DNA of 64,000 nt from assembly GCA_043228905.1 (NCBI GenBank), contig JBHGNT010000006.1:11966001-12030000 (forward strand), written 5' to 3'. Shown here in pieces: positions 1 through 12,020 of the stretch; position 1 is the first letter of the stretch, and every line of letters begins with the position of its first letter. Under the pieces are notes generated by a model. It had not been told where the DNA came from. It ran no database searches and saw only the letters and a list, made by a program, of their open reading frames with translations. This DNA is from Azolla caroliniana (lineage: Eukaryota > Plantae > Polypodiophyta). Position numbers and translations under genes: made by a program.

Positions 1-59
1 CTCTCACCCTTCTTCAGATTTGGCACGTATCGGTGGACATGCGGTTTGGTGAGGGCGGA

Positions 60-906
60 TGTCGTGAAGATTCGCGACCATAGTGGGAAAACCGGGCCTA
101 TTGGGAATATGGGCAAGGTGCGGCGTGAGCACTTACCCTTGTATACTCGTGTAAGATAATGGGGGGTGCCTCTATGGCGCCGAATAGGAGTTAAGTTGGG
201 ACAGAGAATCCCATGTAATAAGGGATTAATCCCACATTGTAACATCCCTCCCTCCTTGGGCTATAAAAGGAAGGGAGGGTCCCTTACAAAAGAGATGCCC
301 ATTTTGAGTTAGGAGGGTATACCACGTAGATCTAAAGTATGGTAACTTTCTCTTCTTTCTTTCTTACTTTCTTTAGGGTTTGATCTAGGTCTTCTCCTTC
401 ATCATCATGTGGGTTGAGTCTTCATGTCTGTTTAGGGTTTAGTCTGGTTTAGAGCTCATATGTCCTAGGGGGGTTTTGCTTTCGCTCTGTCTCCTGTGCA
501 AGACCCTGCTCGGCGCGACTAGCCCGTGAGCTCCCCGATCGGTGGCTTGGCAGCAGAACGTTGTTGTAACCTAATCTACCTTGGTCCAGCTCAAGGCCGA
601 AGTTGTATCTTGCTCTTGTGTATATATATAGTGAAGTTATGTGCATCTGTGTCTGTGTTGGTGTCTTTGGAGTTCCTTCTTTCTGGTCTCTGAACATAGG
701 ATGTGTGTGTCTAGTCAATGTTCGTGCGCATCATTTCCCCTCTCTCATTCAGTTGCTCTCGGTACGTATCAGGAAACACTTTGGTTGGTGTCCTGGCCGA
801 TCACCAGGAATGGTGAAGCTCGACCTTCCATGCTCCGTCTTTCTCAGGTCCAAGACCCCTGTGGTCTCGCCCCGGATCTAACACGCACGCGTGGATTTCC
901 GCGACA
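60..906 (+). mobile_element. LTR 'A' (probable 3' LTR of a Ty3/gypsy element whose body lies upstream of the window)
   Basis: Termini TGTCGTGAA (60) and TTCCGCGACA (906); purine-rich PPT-like GAGGGCGGA just before; TATAAAAGG at 262; copia integrase coding sequence resumes abruptly at 907. Confidence 0.7.
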
Positions 907-2442
907 CTGGCATTTGAAGGTGTTCGGGTGTCTTGCATACATGCATGTGGCAAAGGACAAGAGAGAAAAGTTGGATTCGAAGTCCCGACCATGCATATTC
1001 CTTGGATACGGCAATGATGAGTTCGGTTACCGGGTGTGGGATCTGATCGACAAGAAGGTGTTCCTGAGTCGGGACATAGTCTTCATGGAAGACAGGACCA
1101 TTGTCGGCTGGGAGTCGGACAAGAAGATGATCAACTCTGGATCATCCAATGAAAACCGGCCTGAGGACACAAGGACCTACCTAGTTGAGAACCGGATGTT
1201 AGCTGGTAACCGGATGACACTCGACGAACCAGCCGGATATGGATAGGAAACCGAACCGACCGAAGGAGAAGAAGAAGAAGGCATCGAAACCGGACAAGAT
1301 CCCAAATCGGATTCGGAACAAACGGAGGAACCAGTGATCAGAAACCAAGGACGGAGATATCCTCTCCGAGAGAGAAGAGCCCCCCGGAGATTTCTGGATG
1401 AAGAGGACATGTTGCTAACCGATGAGGGGGAGCCGGAAAGCTTCGAAGAAGCAAAGAGAGACACCCACAGCCGCAAGTGGTTGAGTGCCATTCGGATGAG
1501 ATGGATTCCCTGCATGAGAACCACACATATGAACTGACAGAGTTGCCGAAAGGGAAGAGAGGACTTCGGAACAAGTGGGTCTACAAGCTGAAACAAGGAG
1601 ATGCTAGAAATCCACCAAGGTAAAAGGCTTGAATCGTGGTGAAGGGCTTCCAGCATAAGAAAGGAGTGGACTTCGATGAGATCTTTTCCCCGGTAGTAAA
1701 GATGACATCCATCCGTATGGTATTTGGGCATAGCGGCAAGCATGGACCTTGAGGTAGAGCAACTGGACGTCAAGACGGCATTCCTACATGGCAACCTCGA
1801 AGAAGAGATCCACATGCATCAACCGGAAGGATTTGAGAAGAAAGGGAAGAAGCACCTGGTGTGCCAGCTGAAGAAGAGCTTAAGCAAGCTCCCGAACAAT
1901 GGTACTGGAAGTTCAACTCCTTCATGACCGACCAAGGGTACCACAAGATGCAGACCGATCACTATGTGTTTGTGAAGAAATTTGACGGAGGACATTTCTT
2001 AATACTCCTCCTATATGTGGATGATATGCTTATCGTCGAACGAGACCAAGGCAAGATTTGGATGCTGAAGATGGCTTTGAACTAGACCTTCTCAATGAAG
2101 GACTTGGGTCCGGCAAGACAGATATTGGGAATTCACATCATCTGGGACTGATCGAAGAAGTTTTTGTGGTTGTCACAGGAGAAGTACGTGACAAAGGTGC
2201 TTGAACGACTCAACATGTCGGAGGCGAAGCCGATCGGATCGACACTTCCGGAAAACTACAAGCTGTTCGGAAACCAAAGCCAAGGACCAAGGCGGAGAAG
2301 ACGGATATGATGAAGATTCCATATGTCTCTGCCGTCGGAAGCTTGATGTACGCGATGGTATGTACCCGACCGGATATTGGATATGCAGTTGAAGTGGTAA
2401 GCTGATTCATGAGCAATCCCGTAAGAGAGCATTGGAACGCGG
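907..2442 (+). mobile_element. Decayed Ty1/copia pol fragment (integrase C-terminus/GKGY-type region and reverse transcriptase)
   Basis: HLKVFGCLAYMHVAKDKREKLDSKSRPCIFLGY, EQLDVKTAFLHG, LLLYVDDML, YAMVCTRPDIGY; several stops and frameshifts; same family as 50210-51692. Confidence 0.93.
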
Positions 2443-3385
2443 TGTCGTGAAATTACGACGAGGATACGTGAACTTTGAGGCAAGACCCCGGGGCCTCCGA
2501 CTGGAAGATATCAAATTCGTATGCTTATATTAAACAATTAATGGAAAATGAGAAAGATTTTGACAAATTTCATTAATAAATAGAAAAGAAAAATTACAAT
2601 CAATCCCAAGATTGGGATTACAAAAGTTTTAGTTTATGAAGATTACTAGAATAATAGATTAGAAGAAACTAAGATACGGATTCGATAGGAAAATTATATG
2701 GCTTCCGTAGGGAAAATTAGGGTTTATGACTTTCGTAAGGAAATTTAGGGTTCTTGGCTTCAATAAGATAAGAGAGCTCAGAAGGAAAAGAAAAAAATTA
2801 AGATAATATGGAGAGAGACTGAGTGTAGGAAAAAAAATGGAATTTTATATGGAGTTCTCTCTTGATCATCTGCATGTCCACTTTTTGTTGCATGGCCTCT
2901 ACTTTTAGCTGCTTAGCTTTTTCTTTTAGTTGCATCTATTTTTAGTTGCATGCCTTTTTCTTTTAGTTGCATGCGACCGTCCACATGACAATTACTTTTT
3001 GCATGCACTCCAACTTTAGTTGCTTGCGTCCACATAGCCTTTACTTTAGTTCTCTTCACTTTACTTTAGTTTGTTGCATGATCCAATCTTCTGTCCGTCC
3101 GCATCCAACCTCGTCCGATAGCCGATTCCACCCGATTGTCGAATGCCTCGCCGACCGGTTCCATTTTGCTTGCCGGCCGGTTTCGGTTTGCTTGCCGGTT
3201 CCAGTTCCGATTTTGCTTGCCGGCCGGTTCCGGTTTGCTTGCCGACTGGTTCCGGTTCCGATTTGCTTGCCAGCCGGTTCCGGTTCTGGTTTTGCTTACC
3301 GGCCGGTTTCCGGATTCCGGTTTTGGTTACTGGCCGGTTTCCGGATTCTAGATTTGCTTACCGGCCGGTTTCCGGATTTGCTTAC
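2443..3385 (-). mobile_element. Truncated LTR of the TGTCG...CGACA group (related to solo LTR 43666-44634), inserted in the copia RT
   Basis: Begins TGTCGTGAAA exactly where the RT (REHWNA) stops; shares TTTTAGTTGCATGCGACCGT and the TTTAGTTGC subrepeats with 44080-44190; other end lost at the junction with copia gag. Strand inferred from the relative. Confidence 0.65.
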
Positions 3386-3387
3386 CG
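3160..3387. repeat. CCGG-rich minisatellite (units of ~20-30 bp, TTGCTTRCCGGCCGGTTTCCGG...)
   Basis: About 8 imperfect tandem units built from CCGG/CCGGCCGG/TTCCGG blocks. Confidence 0.9.
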
Positions 3388-5880
3388 AAGCTAGATTGAA
3401 ACAACTTTGCATCTTGGGAGTACAAGATGCTCCAATACCTTGTCGGCCAAGGCTATTGGGGTTACATCAAAGGAGCACAAGAAAACTGACCTGACCCAAA
3501 AGACGTCGACTATGCAACATGGGAGCAAGCGGCAAGCCGAATGATGTATTGTTTGGCGACATGTGTTCACGACCACATGCTCGGGTACATTCGAGAAGCC
3601 GAGACGCCAAATGAAGCGTGGGAGAATCTACGAAAGATTTTCGCCGCTAACACAACCGCGAGAAAGCTTCAACTCCGCCAAGAGTTGAACAACATCCAAC
3701 AAAGGGATATGTCCATCACAAGCTACACCTTGAAAATCAAGGACCTTTGCGACTCGCTCGGCAAGATAAGTGTCAATGTGGACGATGATGAGATGGTGCA
3801 AATATTCCTCGGTGGCCTTGCACCACGGTTCGGCGCGATGAGGACCGGCGTATTAGCACGGGAGAATCCGCCCTCCTTCTTCGATCTTCAATCCATGTTG
3901 TTGGTCAAAGAAAACCATGTTCGAACAAGGAGCAACGTCGTGGAAGGCCACATGCTCTACACACATTCGAACAAAGGAAGAGCATGCGACTGAGCAAGAG
4001 GCCGATTCGGCCAAGGACGAGGCGGACGAGGCCTGACTTATGAAAACAACTCGCAATTTCGGCATCAAGACGGAAGCCATCGAGGAACATTCAGAAGAAG
4101 GGGGAGCTTCCATTCCAATCCGAGCCGACAAAACTCGGTTGAATGCGGATATTGTGGAAAAATCGGTCACCACGAAGGAGAATGCCGTAAGAAGATGTGC
4201 GAGTTGGCTTCCACAAGCCGACAACTCACCAATTACGCCACCAACTCCGACTATGACGATCATGGTGGAATGTTCGTGATGAGACATAGAGCAAATTATA
4301 TGTCGGCTTCTACCTCAACTAGTGCCTCCGGTCCGGAAGACATATGGTCGTCGACTTCGGTGCCTTGAACCATATGACGTCTCATCAAGAATGGTTCCCA
4401 GAACTTCGAGAGCCAGACTGACCCGGCTATGTCGAAACCGGAGACGACACTACCCATCTGATTCAACACATCGGCAATGTCCCATTCGGCAAAGAAGGTA
4501 CCAACCATTACGAAGAATTTGGTCTCCGTCGACCAAATTGTTGAGCAAGGGATGCTAGTACGATTTAATCAAGACGGTTGCTTCATCGAAAAAGAGGGCT
4601 GACTCATCACTCGTGGACGAAGAGAGGGCCGAGTGTTCTTTCTCGACTCGCACAAGATGAAATCGGCTATGTTTGCAAAGGGCACGAAAGCTGATTCTAA
4701 GATAGAGTTATGGCACATGTGAATTGGCCATATCAACCTCCAAAAGCTCAAGCCAATGCAATCGATAGGAGTTGTTATTGGGCTCCCGACAATCAAGGAG
4801 AAAGAGATTGAAGGCGTGTGTGCCGCTTGCCAATTTGGCAAGCAACATCGGCACCCATTTCCGAAGGAGCGGAACGTGACCAAAGGCGTACTCAACGTAA
4901 TTCATTCCGATGTATGGGGTCCGGCTCAAACAGCTACATTTGGCGGATGCCGATACTACGTGGCCTTTATCAATGACATCTCCAGGCACACCTGGATCTA
5001 CCCCATGCAGAAAAAGAGCGAAGTGTTCGGACACTTCCAAAAATTTAAGAATGAAGTCGAGAAAGCCACAAGCCGACATGTATGATGTATTCGGTCGGAT
5101 GGAGGCAAGGAGTACTTCTTCGACGAATTTTCGGCTTTTCTACGGAAAGAAGGAATTTGGCAAGAGTTTTCGTGTCGACATACGCCACAACAAAACGGAG
5201 TCGCCGAACAAAAGAATCGGCACATTCTCGAAGTAGCATGGGCCATGATGAACGAAAAGCTCCTACCGAAGTCGTACTGGGCAGAAGCGGCTAACACGGT
5301 CGTATACCTCATGAATCAGTGTACGACATTGGGTGTGCACAAACATCGAGAAGTTTTTCGGAAAGAAGCCGGACCAATCACATGTTCGGATATTCGGCTT
5401 CATTGCGTACGTGCACATCCCCGACGAGAAGCGACAAAAGCTCGACCTGAAGTCAGAGAAATGTATCCTCGTAGGATACTCACTCGAGCAAAAGGGGTAC
5501 AAGTGCTATAACCCCTCAACTCGAAAATCTCGAGCAAGTTGAGACGTCATTTTCGACGAGTCTGCATCTTGGTACGCACCAGAGACAACTTCGACTCAGA
5601 TTCCACTTGACCCAAAATCCGCCGAAATAGAGATAGAAGCCGAAGATGGGCACACGCACATGTTTGAAGAAAGCCCGATTACGACAAGGCTTAGTGGGCC
5701 ACAAGAGCCTCCGAACGATCAAAGCACATCTCGGTCGAGTCCGAAGTCGGACAAAGGGAAGGCGAAAATGCCGGAGTATGAAGACGATCACTTCGACGGC
5801 AACGAATCGACTCACTCCCTCGATAGTGAGTTCAAAGGCCTTGACATCTAGACAAATGAAGCAAAGAAAGCCTTAGTATC
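3385..5880 (+). mobile_element. Decayed Ty1/copia 'B' gag-protease-integrase (no 5' LTR)
   Basis: NNFASWEYKM gag start, RKLQLRQELNNIQQ, zinc knuckle CGYCGKIGHHEGEC, GAG-pre-integrase ACQFGKQHR, VIHSDVWGP, KSEKCILVGYS; related to element D (8335-15213). Confidence 0.92.
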
Positions 5881-6116
5881 TATTGAGAATCGATTCGTAA
5901 AACCACAAGATCAAACGATGCTGAAAAAAAATACACAACACAGGCACACAATGACACAGTACACAGAGATTTACGTGGAAACCCTAAAACGGGAGAGCAA
6001 AAACTTCACTATACAATGGATGTACAAGGCAGAGATTACAACACTCTGATTATGAGTGTATAACCCACACAGGGTTCTTGGCGTTTGTTGTTACGCACAC
6101 AGCTATGGCACCTCTC

Positions 6117-6158
<42 letters not shown>

Positions 6159-6403
6159 GTCTCTCTTACGCACACTTCTATTATCATCACATTAGTATGT
6201 TTGCCCTAGACGTATATATATATTGATACATCATGTGAACTATTTACAATCGTAGTCACTGCTACATATCATTACTATTATTACAACTATAATAATAATA
6301 ATTTGTTTAAATAATCGATTCTCTGTTGTCAACTCTTCGACTGTCGGCTGTTGGCTATTTCCGAACAGTCGGTTCCTCCCACTGGAGGAACATATCCCCA
6401 ACA
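5881..6403 (-). repeat. 3' LTR of copia C
   Basis: Minus strand TGTTGGGG...TTCTCAATA; PPT GAAGGGGGAGTT at 6404-6415; similar to LTR 18159-18690; (TC)n tract at ~6113-6155. Confidence 0.88.
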
Positions 6404-8334
6404 AACTCCCCCTTCACTCCTATGAGAGGGAGTCAGTTAATCATGTCTTATGTCGACAGACTCTAAGTCTGTCCATAGGTAGGTTCTTCGTGAGCATGTT
6501 AGATCCATTGTTATCTGTGTGGATCTTCACAAGTGTAAACTCTCCTTCTTCGACATTCTCCCGCAATTAGTGATACCTTCTCTGTATGTGCTTGGTCCGG
6601 GAGTGATATGCAGCATTCTTGGCAAGATGTATGACACTATTGATGTCACAATGAAGCAAGAACTCCCTCTGTTTCATCCCTAGCTCGTTGAGAAAATTTC
6701 TCATCCAGATCAGCTCTTTGTCGGCCTCTACCGCTACCATATACTCTGCCTCTGTAGACGACAAGACTACAAACTTCTGTAGTCGTGATTGCCACGGCAC
6801 TGCTCCCCCTCCATAGATCATCACGTACCCCAACGTGGATCGGCTTGAGTCTACATCTCCCGACATGTCCCAGTCGGTAAAACCTTCAAGCACAGGTTTT
6901 CCGACACCATACCCTAGGCACACCCTTGAGGTGCCTTTTAAGTACCTGAGTATCCACTTCACCATTGCCTAGTGTTTTCTTCCTGGATTACTCATATATC
7001 GGCTTACTACTCCCACAACAAATGCTATGTCTGGTCTCATACAAACCATAGCCTACATTAGACTTCTGACGGCTGAGGCATATGGTACCTTCCTCATCTC
7101 GGCCTTCTCCTTCTCCCCTTTCGGGCACTGCTTTCTATTCGACCTTCAATTTGTCGGTAACACCAAGCCGACCGGCTTTGCGTCCGACATGTTTAACCTA
7201 TCTAGGATCTTCGTCACATACTTTTGTTGTGACAACCATAGCACCGTTTGCGTTCTGTCTCGAACTATGTGCATTCCTAAGATCTGTTTAGCCGGTCCAA
7301 GGTCTTTCATGGCTAGTGACCTGCCTAGAGCTTTCTTCAAGCTTCTGATCATTCTTGTGTCTTGACCGACTATCAACATGTCATCAACATATAACAAGAG
7401 AACCAAGAAGTCTCCTTCTTCGTACCTTTTGACGAACACACAGTGATCGGCCTATGTTTTCTGGAACCGGTGTTCCATCATGAAGGACTCGAACTTCTTG
7501 TGCCATTGGCGTGGACCTTGTTTCAGACCGTACAAGCTTTTCTTCAGTCGACACACCAGGTTCTCTTTCCCTTTCTCCTCAAAGCCTTTGGGTTGCTACA
7601 CGTAGATTTCTTCTTCTAGCTCCCCATGCAGGAATGTCGTTTTGACATCCAACTGTTCAATCTCCAGGTCCATACTGGCCGCTATACTCAGAATAGTTTG
7701 AATGGATGTCATCATCATGACTGGTGTGAATATTCATTGAAGTCGACGCCCTTTTTCTATTGAAAACCCTTCACCACTATGTGGGCTTCTTCATAGCACT
7801 CCGGTTCACATTCATCAGTCAAGAGGATGTATTGACTGGCATATGTTGTCGGTGCTTTCCTTTCTCTGAGTGGGTATCTCCTTCCACTCGTTGTTGGCTC
7901 TCTTTCGGATGTCTCTGCCAACTCTTCTCTCTGCTCGGGTTCCTGCACATCAATCAGCATCTCCAGGTTGGACGACTCCGACTCATATTCTTCAATTGAC
8001 CTTAGCAGCTCTGCCGACTCTAACTCATAGTCGGTCAGTATCTCCGAGTCGACCGACTTGGATTCGGCTATGCCGATTGGTCATCTCCGAACAGCCGATG
8101 TTGTCGGTTCACTTGACCTTAGATCGACGATAGTCGGGGTTAACTATGGAGTTGTATCCGACTTCTGTTGCTTCCAGTCTTCAATCGTCTTATCTTCAAG
8201 AAAGACTACGTCCCGACTTCTCACTACCTTCTTGTCGACTAGGTCCCATAGCCTACAGTCGAACTCATCTTCCAAGTATCCCATGAATATGCATGCTTTC
8301 AACTTACTATCGAGTTTTGACCTCTGATCCTTCG

Positions 8335-8766
8335 TGTAAAAGAATATGTGCAGAAGCAATAGAAAACCGAACACAGAAAATACGTAGGTTTAATGGAGAG
8401 CTTAGGGTATACATAGTACCCGGGAGAGATAGAGAGAGAACACAAAAAAAACTCAATTCAAAATATCACTCAGCCTGTACATAGGATGTGCTCAGTGAGC
8501 ACTTTTATACAAGTCCATATGGACTGACAGAAGTACTGACACGTACTTCAATGCTCACAAGTGAGCTCTACACTAATTCCCAAAATATATTCCTACGCAG
8601 AATATCTTCCCAACGGCCTCGTAGTTTACGCACCGCTACGACTTCTCGTTGTGTACCGGTCTGCGCACCGTTTTACGCACCGGTCCGGCCTAACCGATCG
8701 ATCCCAACTGATCCGGTTCTCGGCTTGCACAGCCGATCCGGCCAATGTTGAGCTTGTATCTCAACA
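8335..8766 (-). repeat. 3' LTR of copia D
   Basis: TG...CA termini; direct repeat of 14807-15213 (about 30-35 substitutions and one 25-bp indel by eye). Confidence 0.96.
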
Positions 8767-8952
8767 CTCCCCCTCAAGCTCAACTTGAGGTTCCATCTGT
8801 TCTTCCGGATCTGTGCTCCGGTTCCTTCTGGCTTCATGCCTCGCTCGCGCTCCTCGACCTATTCGATTCCACGGGCCTCGACACTTCCAGTCGCCTTGTC
8901 TGCTCACATGGCCCTTCTCAGCTTCCTTCCTGTTGCGGTGTTGGCGCCTCTT

Positions 8953-9777
8953 CTATTGCCTTCTCTTCTGCTTGGCCCTTGGTTGATTCAGCGTATCCGA
9001 ATCAAACAACAGAACCGACTTGGCTTCCTCCGATCGGTTTTCACTCTCGTCCGAGTTGGCTGTCTCCAACTCGTCTTCGGTCTTCTCGCCCTTGATGGCT
9101 TCGTCTTCCCCACACTTGGTTGCCTTCGGCTCTTCCTTTCGACCGCTCCCCTTGTGTCCACTTTCGGAATCTTCCATGGATCCGCCCTCAACTCCTTCAG
9201 CCGATCCAAAATCAAATTCGTCATCCGACTCAGCGTCACGGTTTTTTCCGCTCCTTTCCTGTTCCCTTCCGTGGTCATCATGGACATCTCTCCCCCTCAA
9301 GTTCGGCACATCGAGGTGACGCAGCCCAAGCGCACCCGAGAATTGCCGCAACTTGTCCAAACCAAGAGGCTTGGTGAAGATGTCGGTGGTCTGCCGATCC
9401 GTCGGAACATACTGAAGTTCGATTTCACCGGAGAGAACACACTCACGGACGAAATGGTAGTGCACCTCAATGTGCTTAGTCCGAGCATGGAAAACGGGGT
9501 TCTTTGCGAGCTGGATACTACTGAGGTTGTTGCAATAGATTGTCGTTGGATCGGATACCTCCACCTGTAGATCCCTAAGTAGTCGCTTCAACCATATGGC
9601 TTCGCATGTCGTGACAGGCGCTCCTCTATACTCAGCTTCAGTGCTCCATAGCGCAACTGTCGACTGCTTCTTGCTACTCCACGCGATCGTGGCACTCCCA
9701 AGAGAGAGCGCGAACCCGGACTTGGATCGGCGATTGGTGACGTTGCCGGCCCAGTCAGCATCGGTGTAGCCGACCAA
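8953..9777 (-). CDS. Copia D RNase H domain plus a ~110-aa charged C-terminal extension (pol remnant)
   Basis: GYTDADWAG...WSSKKQ...STEAEY...FHARTKHIEVHYHFVRE...DIFTKPL, then an acidic/basic tail ending QKRRQ. Confidence 0.85.
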   Translation of the reverse strand: MVGYTDADWAGNVTNRRSKSGFALSLGSATIAWSSKKQSTVALWSTEAEYRGAPVTTCEAIWLKRLLRDLQVEVSDPTTIYCNNLSSIQLAKNPVFHARTKHIEVHYHFVRECVLSGEIELQYVPTDRQTTDIFTKPLGLDKLRQFSGALGLRHLDVPNLRGRDVHDDHGREQERSGKNRDAESDDEFDFGSAEGVEGGSMEDSESGHKGSGRKEEPKATKCGEDEAIKGEKTEDELETANSDESENRSEEAKSVLLFDSDTLNQPRAKQKRRQ

Positions 9778-10524
9778 CTGCAGGGTTGTACCGGTCTGAT
9801 ATAGTAGCCCCCGGTCCTTAGTGACTCTTACGTACCGTAGTACGCGTTGCGCACACTGAAGGCGCTCCTCGGTAGGTCGTGCCTTCTTTTATAGTGTTCT
9901 CAGGAGTAATCCTGAAGCTTCTAGAATGTTCCAGAGAAATCTAGAATATACATTAATTTCCTATAATAAAACTTAAATGAAAATAATATCCTACGTATTA
10001 CAATAGATGGTATAATGGTCAAGAGCTCGACCCATATAACATAACGTCATGGGTTTGAGTCTTGGTCGAGGATGACGGCAACTTCATACTCTGGGCCGGC
10101 GTCTAACTCAAGCGAGGGTGGCGGTGGTGTAACACGATCGGGAAGAGTGTTCGCTTTATAAGGTTCAAGAAGAGAACTATGGAAGACCGGATGTATCCGA
10201 AGAATTTGCCACTCTAGCACGGTTTATACAGTTTATCCCGCATCTGTAGTAGTCATTGATGGTCTTCCCATTGCTTCCGGGAATATTGTAGAAGAGTCAG
10301 AACCCATTCGAGTTGTCCTAGGTAGTTTGGTGTGTGTAGTAGCATTTAATATAATTAGTAGTCCAGAGTATCCCATTGTCTTGGGATTACCTTGGTTTGA
10401 ATTACATAATCCAGACATAGATTGGAGAACAAGAGAAGTTCGACATCAATAACCCCAAGAATCTACTCATCAAGTTTCGACCATTTCACTACGTCAATTA
10501 CGCGAAGAAGGACACAAGGAGGCA

Positions 10525-11350
10525 ATGTTCCTATTTGCAATATCAGTACATCCTTCTAACCCTATTAAGGAGGAATCCTTAGTACAACTTCCGGCAAAAT
10601 ATCATCCTTATGCCAATGTATTTGACAAGGTAAAAGCCGGTACTCTTCCTCATCATCGTCCCTATGATTGTCCCATCGATCTACAACCGGGAGCAGAGCC
10701 ACCATGGGGACCAATTTACAACTTGTCCCCCACCGAGTTAGAAGTCCTTCGAGCCTACATAAAGGAGAACTTGGCAAGCAGGTTTATTCGTCATTCGAAG
10801 TCTCCGACTGGTGCACCCATCTTCTTTGTCAAGAAGAAAGATGGCTCACTTCGTCTCGTCGTTGATTATCGCGGCTTAAATAAAGTCACCATCCGGAATA
10901 GGTATGCACTTCCTCTTATATCAAGTCTTTTAGAGCGAGTTAATGGTGCCAAGTTCTTTACAAAAATCGATCTACGAGGAGCGTATAACCTCGTGCGGAT
11001 CCGACCGGGAGATGAATGGAAGACCGCCTTTCGCACGCGGTATGGGCATTTCGAATATACTGTTATGCCGTTCGGTCTAACCAATGCACCCGCAGTCTTC
11101 CAACAAATGGCAAATGATATATTCAGAGACCTCTTGGATATCTGTTTGATCATCTATCTGGATGATCTCTTGATTTATTCGAAGTACCAGGAAGAGCACG
11201 ATTCTCATGTACTATTAGTACTAAAACGACTCCGCGAGAATGGTCTTTATGCCAAGCTAGAAAAATGTAGCTTTGACTGCAAGCAAGTAGAATTTCTAGG
11301 CTACGTCATCTCCTCAAAGGGCATCTCCATGGATCCAGCTAAAGTCCAAT
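10525..11350 (+). CDS. Ty3/gypsy reverse transcriptase fragment (inverted segment of element E)
   Basis: APIFFVKKKDGSLRLVVDYRGLN, KIDLRGAYNLVRI, VMPFGLTNAP, IYLDDLLIYS; the ORF tail past 11350 is antisense gag. Confidence 0.93.
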
Positions 11351-11932
11351 CTTCGGATCTTTATGAAATCCTTGGGGACTCGATCCTTGTTGTTGCAATG
11401 TTGCTTCGAGTTGTTGTACCCGTAACGCTAACTCCCCATGTTGTTGTTGTGTTTGTTGTTTTTCTAGGGCGATTTGTTGCAAATCCCCTATCAGTCGTTG
11501 GTTTTCTTGTTCCAAGGCAACAAATTTTTCTTTTAGGCACTGTAGCTCGGAGAAAACGGATTGATATTCTTGGGCGCTAACAGTAGCCATAGTATAGGGA
11601 AAAGGGTAGGAGGACGAGGGAGAATGACAAGTAGGCTTGAGGAAAAATTAGTTCAAACTGTCAGGAATAGTACTAAAGCGGAGAGAATTAGTACTAAAGA
11701 AGGGAAGTACTATTAGTACTAAGAGGACGGGACTACGTAAGATTCCCGAGAGAGAAAGAGAGAAGAGGAGAGAGAGACAGTGAGGATGAGAGAGAGAGAG
11801 ATGATGATAACAGCTAATGTATTATGTGAAGGATAAGTACAAAGTGGCTAAGAGGCTTAAGACTGGCATTGAACCAATTTGGTTCAACATAATGCCTAGT
11901 GCCTTCTTTTATAGTGTTCTCAGGAGTAATCC

Positions 11933-11967
11933 TGAAGCTTCTAGAATGTTCTAGAGAAATCTAGAAT
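11933..11967. promoter_or_regulatory. Heat-shock element array (nGAAnnTTCnnGAAnnTTCn) in the LTR U3
   Basis: GAAgcTTCtaGAAtgTTCtaGAgaaaTCtaGAA: four perfect in-phase pentamers plus a degenerate continuation, ~20 bp upstream of the TATA; second copy at 9913-9947. Confidence 0.75.
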
Positions 11968-12020
11968 ATACATTAATTTCCTATAATAAAACTTAAATGA
12001 AAATAATATCCTACGTATTA

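Noticed and set aside
372-440. Interstitial telomere (TTTAGGG) here and at ~2716-2752 and ~18588
   Set aside because: Isolated single telo-box-like units in LTRs, not tandem arrays.
3160-3387. CRISPR-like array
   Set aside because: Contiguous degenerate tandem units with no unique spacers, no cas genes, eukaryotic context.
8785-9570. 261-aa plus-strand ORF as an antisense gene
   Set aside because: Shadow of the RNase H ORF and its purine-rich tail; no independent motifs.
11351-11580. Hydrophobic (env-like) C-terminal extension on the gypsy RT ORF
   Set aside because: It is the antisense reading of the Gln-rich gag beyond the inversion junction.
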